This document shows positions 15,801-23,205 of a stretch of DNA of 32,000 bases, in pieces. Source of the stretch: Acidothermus cellulolyticus 11B (GTDB taxonomy: Bacteria > Actinomycetota > Actinomycetes > Acidothermales > Acidothermaceae). The stretch covers positions 1,950,001 through 1,982,000 of the forward strand of contig NC_008578.1 of NCBI RefSeq assembly GCF_000015025.1. The letters run 5' to 3'. The translations under genes and the position numbers were made by a program. A model generated the notes under the pieces. That model saw nothing but the letters and a program-made list of their open reading frames with translations. It was not told where the DNA came from and did not search any database. How positions within the stretch are numbered: position 1 is the first letter of the stretch; every line of letters starts with the position of its first letter.

Positions 15801-17360
15801 GCACACGGTGAGTATCGCGTCAACCTTGCCCGCTCCGGCCATCTGCTCATCGTCGGCGCAGCCCGCAGTGGCCGTTCGACCGCGCTGCGCACCCTCGTCG
15901 CTGCGCTCTGCCGAGCCACACCGGTGGCGGAGCTGCATTGCTATGTCCTGGACTACGGGGGGACATTGACGCCGCTTGAAACGCTTCCACACTGCGGTGC
16001 CCTCATCAGACGACACGAGAGGGAACGGACGCAGCGACTCGTCGCCATGCTGCGAGATGAGATTGACCGCCGCGGGATTGTCGCTGCCGCCACAACCTCC
16101 GCCAATCATTGCGACGGGCCTCCCGACCACGCCGCACACCAGACGACAGCCGGACCACGTGCAGGGAGGTCGCCCGTCCTGCCGCACCTTCTCGTCGCGA
16201 TCGACGGGTGGGAAGCATTTATCGAGGCGTGTGAAGACGCCGACCACGGTGCACTCATCGACGATGTGTTCCACCTCCTCCGGGAGGGTCCCGCCTACGG
16301 TCTGCATGTCGCGGTCACGGCAGGACGCAACGGCCTGCTGGGTCGCCTCGCATCCGTCATCGACGAGCGGATCGTGTTACGTCTGTCGGATCGGGCGGAG
16401 TTTAGTCTGGCGGGAATCCAGTCAAGCCGAATTCCCCGCGAATTGCCCCCGGGCCGCGGCTTTACCGGTCCGGACGGGGTGGAGACCCAGCTCGTCCTCC
16501 TCGGGAACGACTCATCGAACACCGCTCAGACGGCCGACGTCGCTGCGCTCGCAGCCGCTCTGCGCGAGCCGGTGCGCACAATGGATTCGTCCAGCGGCGG
16601 AGTCTCGCCCAGGCGGGTACCGCCAATGCCTGAACGGGTGGACCTCGAGACCCTCCAGGCAGCAGTAACCCCCAGACCCGGCACTGTCATCATCGGCGTG
16701 GGTGGAAACGAAGCATCCACCGTCACGCTTGATGTCAGTGAATGCCTGCCGGGACTGCTCATCGCTGGACCACCCACATCCGGTCGAAGCAATACCCTCA
16801 TTCTCCTGGGCCGGCAGTTCACCGGACAATGTCTGCCTGTTGCCGTCATTACCCCTCGGCGATCGCCGGTCTGCTCGGCAATTCCAGGCGCAGAGATAAT
16901 CGCATCTGCGGCAGAGCTCGACGATTTCATTGAACGAGTTGGACGCTGCGCCGTCCTGATTGACGACGCAGAACTTCTCGACGACCCTGCGCTCCTTCTC
17001 GCACTGGAAGGTTACGCGCGGCAAGCGCCCGACCGCGGCAGCGTGCTCTGCGTCGCCGGCACAACGGAAGACCTCACGACGGCGTACCGCGGATTTCTTC
17101 ACCAGATACGCAAATCACGGAGCGGAGTGCTCCTCGACCCACGTAGTCCGCTCGACGGTGACCTCTTCGGGATTCGCATGCCGAGAAGCCACGGCCGGAT
17201 GCCGCCCGGGCGTGGCTTCCTCATCCGGCATGGGCGCATGACTCCGGTCCACGTCGCCCTTGCCGGTGACGAAAACAACACCTTCGCTCCCAGGCTGGGC
17301 AAGACGATACCCGCGTTTGATAACAGCGGTAACGGGTATGTGCGGCACTGCACGTCGTAG
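12876..17360 (+). CDS. FHA-domain-fused FtsK/SpoIIIE-family EccC/EssC-type ATPase (1494 aa) with three P-loop domains
   Basis: Domains along the protein:
- aa ~102-205 is an FHA domain (IIGRAPGCDLRL...VSRRHAVL...GSRHGTW...VRIGESSIVIE).
- PPPQP plus two TM helices lie at aa ~264-302.
- A degenerate EccC-type DUF/D0 region follows (VMGLAGPHEACHGLLRALVAQIATLHSPRDVRIVLL).
- D1 has Walker A GMTGAGKS (aa 676-683, nt 14901-14924) and Walker B LVIIVDEF.
- D2 has GAARSGRST (aa 994-1002).
- D3 has GPPTSGRSN (aa 1298-1306) and Walker B VLIDDAE.
The start is GTG at 12876, with an alternative GTG at 12906. Confidence 0.85.
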   Translation: MPHRARSATPVSITVTVRTPAGAPSDAATVRIRARPATPVREILAALRRSVAGGADGVALIDGNRIDDEVPWDSGVIRQGSVIDFRPAEITDSAAAHVRESVTLTVLSGPDAGRTAVLTRPVSIIGRAPGCDLRLTDPAVSRRHAVLYLPLESRAAPAGGDGIRIADLGSRHGTWIGTSAVGTAPEPVHTGAVVRIGESSIVIEPLQHRTASRPGPDGARVLPRANGTLAVNRPPRLDPRHSDAADEVVEFPSPPPQPSQARLPLVGTAVPLFAGIGFAALLRRPEYLVFSALAPVGGILQWLTESRAQRRRRRLNQESYLAQCRELDAHISQQLRAERAHRRHAFPGPGEIFSIARQRNRRLWERRPSDADFLHLRLGTGSLRATCAVRRAPHGPIEHPFVDDVPVTVDLAETGVMGLAGPHEACHGLLRALVAQIATLHSPRDVRIVLLAADISRWEWVRWLPHVTPFPGADCQALMGCDERTIARRIRELTELIELRTRQHTPPSDAAPRIVVLVDGALALRRRTALSDVLVNGPHQGVFSICVDESIDQLPEECQATVTFDSPSTHRAEFRTRGQVVAVAADAPTSPWAEAVARALAPLRDETPDSRNGGQLPQSVSLLSVRGCCDAIQLRHDIEERWRRDGRSTTAVLGLGMQGIVAIDLVRDGPHGLVAGMTGAGKSELLQTLVASLAMENRTDELAFVLVDYKGGAAFGPCAQLPHVVGVVTDLDEAHAERALASLAAELKRRERLFAGVRAADFDAYRATGCRLHRLVIIVDEFATLTAELPDFVSGLVGIAQRGRSLGIHLLLATQRPEGAVSADILANTNLRICLAVTSEAESRSLIGIADAAHIGRDTPGRGYLRTGHHQHRVFQAARVAVMSCTEQTAEVEIQPVPITDLCCAESRPASDSATNHISDLALITSACRDIAASLAITAPPAPWREPLPDVITSDPARDRPLDVVLGITDLPAQQAHGEYRVNLARSGHLLIVGAARSGRSTALRTLVAALCRATPVAELHCYVLDYGGTLTPLETLPHCGALIRRHERERTQRLVAMLRDEIDRRGIVAAATTSANHCDGPPDHAAHQTTAGPRAGRSPVLPHLLVAIDGWEAFIEACEDADHGALIDDVFHLLREGPAYGLHVAVTAGRNGLLGRLASVIDERIVLRLSDRAEFSLAGIQSSRIPRELPPGRGFTGPDGVETQLVLLGNDSSNTAQTADVAALAAALREPVRTMDSSSGGVSPRRVPPMPERVDLETLQAAVTPRPGTVIIGVGGNEASTVTLDVSECLPGLLIAGPPTSGRSNTLILLGRQFTGQCLPVAVITPRRSPVCSAIPGAEIIASAAELDDFIERVGRCAVLIDDAELLDDPALLLALEGYARQAPDRGSVLCVAGTTEDLTTAYRGFLHQIRKSRSGVLLDPRSPLDGDLFGIRMPRSHGRMPPGRGFLIRHGRMTPVHVALAGDENNTFAPRLGKTIPAFDNSGNGYVRHCTS

Positions 17361-18449
17361 TCGAGCGACTGCCATTTCTACCCGCCGATGCTCCAGCCGT
17401 TTGAGTGCCTGACTCGGTTGCTGGCGACCTACCGCCGTACCGATCGCCGCGGCCAGCGCCGATTTCGTGACCACACGACCGGCATTCGCGACCAAGGCCC
17501 GCAAGACCGCCAACGGCGCGGGCGGTAGCACGGTAAAGGCCTCCCCGTAAACGACGCCGTGACCCCGTACCTCGAGGCGCTGGTTGCCGATTGCCGTGGA
17601 CAGCGTCCGCCTCCTCGGCACCTCTTCTGTCACGGCGCGCACCAGGTCGCCGAGCCGGCCCCGCGGCGGCATGACGACGTCAACGCCGGCGTCGACAAGC
17701 GGCTGCGCACATACCGGGCCGATGCACGCGGCAACAACACCCGCGCGAAAGGCGTCAATCACGTGCTCGCGCGCGTCGCCGGACGCCCGCAGAAGCCCGT
17801 CACATGCGGGTCGGCTGGTGAAAACCACCGCATCGAGCCGGCCGGTCACGATATCGCCGGCAAGCCGCTCCGCACGTGCGGCATCAGCCGACGACCAGTG
17901 ATACACCGGGACGACGACCACCTCGGCACCATCGCGGCAAAGAGCCGACGCTGTTCGGTCGTCCGGATCACCGTGCGCCTGCACCACGACGCGTTTGCCG
18001 CAGACGCCACGCGCCCGGAGAAACTCCACGATCTCCGACATCGTCTCGACCGGGGGGGACGTTTCGGGCAATCCGGCGGCGCGGACAGCTCCGCGTGCCT
18101 TCGCGCCGCGGGCGACAAGGTCAGCGCTCCACAGAGCCATCCGCAGTCTGTCGCCGTAGCCAAGGCCGTCCGCGCTCTCCAGCCAACGGCGAAAACCGAC
18201 AGCTGTCGTCACGATAACAATGTCCACAGGCCCAGTGAGCGCTTCCTCGGTGGCCGCGGCAATTTCGGCGTCATCCGCGAAGACGGTGCGTAACGTGCTC
18301 ACCACTCTTACCCGGGCGCCCCTCCTCCGCAGGAGCTCGGCAAGCTCCTCCCGGCGACGCTCAGCGGTAATTGCAACGGTGAAACCGGTCAGCGGGGGCA
18401 CACCGCCGACCTGATTGATCATTTCTCGTCTGGTCGTGGGTCTACCCAT
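17115..18449 (-). CDS. nnaR: NnaR-type regulator: uroporphyrinogen-III synthase (HemD)-like domain fused to an OmpR-type winged-helix DNA-binding domain
   Basis: The N-terminal ~260 aa is HemD-like (FTVAITAERRREELAELLRRRGARV...VDIVIVTTAVGFRRW...DAVVFTSRPACDG). The C-terminus is trans_reg_C-like (RLEVRGHGVVYGEAFTVLPPAPLAVLRALVANAGRVVTKSAL...VEMAVARLRRAV...IKRGYRL). There is no receiver domain. The ATG at 18447-18449 overlaps the nirD stop by 8 nt. An alternative ATG lies at 18420-18422. This architecture and its nirBD/narK neighbourhood match NnaR as described in Streptomyces and mycobacteria. Confidence 0.75.
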   Translation of the reverse strand: MGRPTTRREMINQVGGVPPLTGFTVAITAERRREELAELLRRRGARVRVVSTLRTVFADDAEIAAATEEALTGPVDIVIVTTAVGFRRWLESADGLGYGDRLRMALWSADLVARGAKARGAVRAAGLPETSPPVETMSEIVEFLRARGVCGKRVVVQAHGDPDDRTASALCRDGAEVVVVPVYHWSSADAARAERLAGDIVTGRLDAVVFTSRPACDGLLRASGDAREHVIDAFRAGVVAACIGPVCAQPLVDAGVDVVMPPRGRLGDLVRAVTEEVPRRRTLSTAIGNQRLEVRGHGVVYGEAFTVLPPAPLAVLRALVANAGRVVTKSALAAAIGTAVGRQQPSQALKRLEHRRVEMAVARLRRAVPHIPVTAVIKRGYRLAQPGSEGVVFVTGKGDVDRSHAPMPDEEATPGRHPAVASRHANPEEVTVERTTWVEEHSAP

Positions 18450-18888
18450 CGCATTGCCGCTCCGCGACGCGCCTCGACGATCGCCGCTCTCCCGCCCGTA
18501 TCCAGACCCAACCCTCGCGAACCCGTACGTCGTAGACCGACACGCGCACTGACCCGTCATCCAGACAACGCCCACTCCGCAGGTCAAACGCGTGCTTGTA
18601 CATAGGAGAAATCAGCACATCGATCTCCCCCCGCGAGCCGGTTATTCCACGCGCAAGAACGTTCGCGCCGCAGAAGGGATCCTTATTGTCGACTGCGTGC
18701 ACCGTACCGTCGACCAGGCGCACCACGGCGACCTGCTTTCCGTCCAACCACGCAGCCACCGGGCGACCCGGCAGGAGCTCGTCATAACGACAGATCTGAA
18801 ACCAGCCACGCACAGCCGACCCCAATCTCTCTGATGTGGAACGACCGCGGCGCACCGCCGAAAGCTCGCCTGTGCCAACCTGCAGCAT
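18442..18888 (-). CDS. nirD: Nitrite reductase [NAD(P)H] small subunit NirD (Rieske-like fold)
   Basis: WFQICRYDELLPGRPVAAWLDGKQVAVVRLVDGTVHAVDNKDPFCGANVLARGITGSRGEIDVLISPMYKHAFDLRSGRCLDD is colinear with NirD. It lies 28 nt downstream of nirB. I chose the ATG at 18886-18888. An internal GTG at 18811-18813 would give a more typical short N-terminus. Confidence 0.8.
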   Translation of the reverse strand: MLQVGTGELSAVRRGRSTSERLGSAVRGWFQICRYDELLPGRPVAAWLDGKQVAVVRLVDGTVHAVDNKDPFCGANVLARGITGSRGEIDVLISPMYKHAFDLRSGRCLDDGSVRVSVYDVRVREGWVWIRAGERRSSRRVAERQCDG

Positions 18889-18916
18889 CCGATAGTTTCT
18901 GCGGTGGCCCTGGATC

Positions 18917-21478
18917 TCAGGGCACCGTGGCCAATCGACGGCGTTCCTCGGGAGACGCCGGCCGATGTTGATGACGTTCAGGAACAAAGACAATATCCGG
19001 ATCCGCTTGCTCCGGCGCGTTCACGAAGGTACGGAATTGGGCGAGCTTCCTCGGATCCTTGAGTGTCGCGGCCCATTCGTCAACGTAGGATGCGACGTGG
19101 CGCTCCATTGCCGCGTCCAACTCCGCGCAGAGGCCAAGAGAATCATCTATGATCACCGCCCGTACGTGATCTAATCCTCCTTGGATATTCTCAAGCCATG
19201 ACGCCGTGCGTTGCAGCCGGTCGGCCGTGCGAATGTAGTACATCAAGAACCGGTCGATGTATCGGACAAGCGTCTCCTCGTCGAGATCCGCGGCCAACAG
19301 CTCGGCATGCCGAGGAGAGAAACCGCCGTTGCCTCCGACGTAGAGATTCCAGCCGCGCTCGGATGCGATAACGCCGACATCCTTGCCGCGCGCCTCGGCA
19401 CACTCCCGCGCACATCCGGAGACGGCGGCCTTTATTTTGTGCGGCGCCCGCAGTCCTCGATAGCGCAGCTCCAACTTGATTGCCAATCGAACGGAGTCCT
19501 GAACGCCATACCGGCACCACGTGGAGCCGACACAGGATTTGACGGTGCGCATCGCCTTGCCATACGCGTGACCGGACTCAAATCCAGCCTCGACCAGCCG
19601 CTGCCAGATGCACGGCAACTGCTCCAGTCGGGCGCCGAACATGTCGATCCGCTGCCCCCCGGTTATCTTCGTATAGAGCCCGAATTCTTTCGCGATGGTG
19701 CCGATTGTGATCAGGCCATCCGGCGTGATTTCTCCGCCCGGGATGCGCGGCACGACCGAATAGCTGCCGTCACGTTGCAGATTTGCCATCACGTGATCAT
19801 TCGTGTCTTGCAGCGCCGCTGTCGCGGCATCGAGCGGGTGCGCACCGGGCCGGCCGGCCAGAATGGATGCGACGACCGGTTTGCAAATATCGCATCCACG
19901 ACCGCGGCCGTATTGCTCAATCAACTCATCAAACGACGATATGCCGCGAATCGCAACGATTTCGAAGATTTCTTGCCGCGTGAGATCGAAGTGCTCACAC
20001 AGGCCTCGCTGCGGCTCTTTACCGAGTTTGGCTAGCTCCGCCTCAAGCAACGTCTTGAGCAATGGTACACAGCTTCCACAGCAGGTGCCCGCGCGCGTCA
20101 CACTCTTGATCGCCGCAACATCCTCGGCCCCCTCGCGAATTGCCGAACAGATGACGCCTGCCGAGACATTGTGACAGCTGCAGACCGTTGCCTCTTCACC
20201 CAACGACGCCGGTCCGCCTAGCACGACCTGATCCGCGGGGACAAGCAACTCTTGAGGATCGACGCTCAGCTCCGAGCCGACGGCGCCCCGCAGGATCGGA
20301 TACGCGCTGATGTCACCGACGAGAATACCGCCGAGAAGCCGCTTGGCATCATTGCTGACGACAATCTTGCGATACACGCCGCGCACGTGGTCGGCAAAGA
20401 CCACGTCAAGGGCGCCCGGTGTTGTCGCGAACGCGTCACCGAAGCTCGCTACGTCGACGCCCAAGGACTTCAGCTTGGTCGACGTGTCGAGAGTACCTAA
20501 GGTTGCGGGTTCGCCGCAGAGACGACGCGCAACCGTATCGGCCATGGCGTAACCGGGAGCAACCAGGCCATACACCGTACCGTCCACACCACCGACACAT
20601 GCGCATTCTCCGATGGCGTAAACGTTTTCCGCACTGGTCATGCAGGTATCGTCGACGACGATTCCACCGCGGCGGCCGACAGCGAGACCTGCTTGTCGTG
20701 CGAGGTCGTCCTCCGGTCGTACGCCGGCTGCGAAGACGACGAGGTCGGTCTCGAGGATTGCACCGTCATCAAGAGCGACTGCTTGGACGCCGGCACCGTC
20801 CGGCCCGAGAATGCTTGTCACCGTCACACCCGTGCGCAGATCGATGCCAAGGGTTTCGATTTGCCGACGCAGGATCGCGCCACCGCCGGCGTCCACCTGC
20901 AGGGGAAGCGGCCGGTCCGCTCGCTCGACGACGGCGACCTGAAGTCCAAGCAGACGCAATGCGTTAGCCGCTTCGAGCCCAAGCAAACCGGCGCCGACAA
21001 CAACGCCCCGATGCGCGCGTTCAGCCGCCTGCCGAATAGCGTCCAGGTCATCGAGGGTGCGATACACGAAGCATCCGGGCCGCGCGGCGCCTTCCACCGG
21101 TGGAACAAACGGTCGGGAACCTGTCGCGAGGACCGCAATGTCGTACCGCTCGGTCCAGCCCGACGCTCCTCTTACCTGCTGACCCGTGACGTCAAAACTG
21201 ATTGCCGGATCACCGAGCCGAATGTCGACATTCGGCCAATCACCGGCAGAGCCAAGCTGGAGGTCGTCGGCACTTTTCCCCTCAAAATAACTCGACAGCG
21301 AAACGCGGTCGTAGGCCGGGCGCTTCTCCGCGGCAAACACGGTCACCCGGTATGTCATTCCGCCGCCTCGCGCCTCGGCCAGCTGAACGAACCGGTCGAG
21401 AAAGTGGTGGCCGACCATGCCGTAGCCGACCAGAACAATGCGTCGGACGGCGCCGGGAGTGAGTGCTTCGTTGATCAC
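18917..21478 (-). CDS. nirB: Nitrite reductase [NAD(P)H] large subunit NirB
   Basis: The protein is 853 aa. It has an FAD/NAD Rossmann N-terminus (RIVLVGYGMVGHHF), a BFD-like [2Fe-2S] segment (CSCHNVSAGVICSAI...CCGSCVPLL) and the sirohaem/[4Fe-4S] motifs KSCVGSTWCRYG and AVSGCARECAEA. Confidence 0.92.
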   Translation of the reverse strand: MINEALTPGAVRRIVLVGYGMVGHHFLDRFVQLAEARGGGMTYRVTVFAAEKRPAYDRVSLSSYFEGKSADDLQLGSAGDWPNVDIRLGDPAISFDVTGQQVRGASGWTERYDIAVLATGSRPFVPPVEGAARPGCFVYRTLDDLDAIRQAAERAHRGVVVGAGLLGLEAANALRLLGLQVAVVERADRPLPLQVDAGGGAILRRQIETLGIDLRTGVTVTSILGPDGAGVQAVALDDGAILETDLVVFAAGVRPEDDLARQAGLAVGRRGGIVVDDTCMTSAENVYAIGECACVGGVDGTVYGLVAPGYAMADTVARRLCGEPATLGTLDTSTKLKSLGVDVASFGDAFATTPGALDVVFADHVRGVYRKIVVSNDAKRLLGGILVGDISAYPILRGAVGSELSVDPQELLVPADQVVLGGPASLGEEATVCSCHNVSAGVICSAIREGAEDVAAIKSVTRAGTCCGSCVPLLKTLLEAELAKLGKEPQRGLCEHFDLTRQEIFEIVAIRGISSFDELIEQYGRGRGCDICKPVVASILAGRPGAHPLDAATAALQDTNDHVMANLQRDGSYSVVPRIPGGEITPDGLITIGTIAKEFGLYTKITGGQRIDMFGARLEQLPCIWQRLVEAGFESGHAYGKAMRTVKSCVGSTWCRYGVQDSVRLAIKLELRYRGLRAPHKIKAAVSGCARECAEARGKDVGVIASERGWNLYVGGNGGFSPRHAELLAADLDEETLVRYIDRFLMYYIRTADRLQRTASWLENIQGGLDHVRAVIIDDSLGLCAELDAAMERHVASYVDEWAATLKDPRKLAQFRTFVNAPEQADPDIVFVPERHQHRPASPEERRRLATVP

Positions 21479-21780
21479 GGCTACACGCTAGGAAGGGCGC
21501 GCTGCCGGGTTGTCGCGGTCATGTTACGGCAACGCAAAACTCCGCGCACCAGAATTTGCTCGCGCAGGGGGAACCGATGACGGCCGGAAGCAGACGAGAG
21601 AGTACGGCGCGAAGCCGCTCGCGTCTGAGCGGACCGATGGCGTCCCCATGGAGATCAACGCGAACTGCCGGAATCGGCTGGCTTGTGGGCGCACCGCCGG
21701 TTGAACGGTGGGACAACCGCCTGCGTCGACTGGCGCTGCACTGCCAGGTCCATGGCCCCGTTCGAAGGTCGGGTATCCGA

Positions 21781-23205
21781 TTAGCGATGTGCCTGGGCCG
21801 CGTCCACGCCATGACAAGCTGGTTCTGCGTCAGCGGCGCCTTCGTCGATCAGTGCCTGCAAGAGGGTTCGGCAGCTGCCACAACCGCTGGCAGCGCCCGT
21901 TTGGCGGCATATCTCGTCAACGGCGCAGCCTGCTCGTATCAGGCGTCGCACCTCGCCGACCGGCACTCCGCGGCATACGCACGCCAGATCGTCATCACGC
22001 GGCGCGGGCATCCGCACCGTGGACTCGAAGAGCAGACTGCTCACGCTCACCGCGCTCCAAGGCCGACTCGCTGCGTGCAACAGACGGCCCGCCCGCCGGG
22101 TGTCACCAAAGAGAATTCCGCCAACCAGTCGGCCCTCTTCGACGGTGAGATGCGCATAGGTCCTGCGTGCGGCGTCATCCAACAGGACACTCGCGCCCGC
22201 TTGCCATCGGCCGACGGCCAGGAGATCCACTCCGGGCGCCCTCACTCGCAGCGTCGCCACCGGTACGTATGTCCGACCGCCCGGCGCAGCGCCGAACACC
22301 TCGGCGAGTGCGTCTGCGTGTCGCCACGCGGCCAGCGCCTGCCCGCGACTGCCGGTGGCAGCACAATCCCCGATAGCGAAGATGTTTGGATCGTCTGGAC
22401 TTGCGAAGGTGTCAGTCACCACGACGCCGGCCTCGTCGACCTCGAGCTTCGCTGCAGCCGCAAGCCTCGTGGCAGGTCTTGCCCCGGCCGCTAGGACGAC
22501 GCCGTCGACATCGATTGCCGTTCCCCCGCTGACGATCAGAGTCAACTCATTCGCACGCCGGCGAATCTCGCGTACCGGCCTTCCCAGATGAATCTCGACG
22601 CCGTGGCGACGTAGTTGCTCAGCTGTTGCTGCGCTGACGGCGGCATTCGCAAGAGAATTCAGCAACTGCGGTGCATCGTGAGTCAGTGTCACCTGCCCGC
22701 ATCGACCTGCCAACGCGGCAGCGACCTCCACACCAAGGGCTCCACCGCCAATCACCGCAATACGCCGAGCGTGACGCACCATGGCCCGCAGTCGCTGGAC
22801 ATCGCGGATCCGCCAAATCGTTCCAATCCGGTAGTCACGGCACCCTCTTGCTCCACTGATAAGCGGTACGACAGGAATTGCACCTGTGGCCAGAACCAAC
22901 GCGTCGTACGGCACCTGCATGCCATTGTGCAGCACGACGTTCTGACGCCGGCGATCGATCGAGACTGCGCGGACAGCGAGTTGAAGATTGATATTGCGTG
23001 AGTCAAACCACCGCTGGGTATGCAGTGCGAGGCTTGACAGCAAGCTCGGCTGACATAAGGCGGCAATGAGAAGCGCGCGGTTGTAGGGCACGTGACGCTC
23101 TTCGCCCAGAATCGTCAGCGACACGTCCGACCGCCCACCGAGGCGTTCGGCAAGCCGTGCGGCGGCCATGCCGCCGCCGATGACAACGATACGCAGCGGA
23201 GTCAT
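21781..23205 (-). CDS. NirB-N-terminal-like FAD/NAD(P)H oxidoreductase with a C-terminal BFD-like [2Fe-2S] domain; probable electron-transfer subunit for the assimilatory nitrate reductase (NasB-like)
   Basis: It starts MTPLRIVVIGGGMAAARLAERL (GxGxxA), has a second Rossmann segment RIAVIGGGALGVEVAAAL, and ends with CVCRGVPVGEVRRLIRAGC...ASGCGSCRTLL. The ATG at 23203-23205 overlaps the nasA stop as ATGA. There is no sirohaem domain. Confidence 0.8.
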   Translation of the reverse strand: MTPLRIVVIGGGMAAARLAERLGGRSDVSLTILGEERHVPYNRALLIAALCQPSLLSSLALHTQRWFDSRNINLQLAVRAVSIDRRRQNVVLHNGMQVPYDALVLATGAIPVVPLISGARGCRDYRIGTIWRIRDVQRLRAMVRHARRIAVIGGGALGVEVAAALAGRCGQVTLTHDAPQLLNSLANAAVSAATAEQLRRHGVEIHLGRPVREIRRRANELTLIVSGGTAIDVDGVVLAAGARPATRLAAAAKLEVDEAGVVVTDTFASPDDPNIFAIGDCAATGSRGQALAAWRHADALAEVFGAAPGGRTYVPVATLRVRAPGVDLLAVGRWQAGASVLLDDAARRTYAHLTVEEGRLVGGILFGDTRRAGRLLHAASRPWSAVSVSSLLFESTVRMPAPRDDDLACVCRGVPVGEVRRLIRAGCAVDEICRQTGAASGCGSCRTLLQALIDEGAADAEPACHGVDAAQAHR

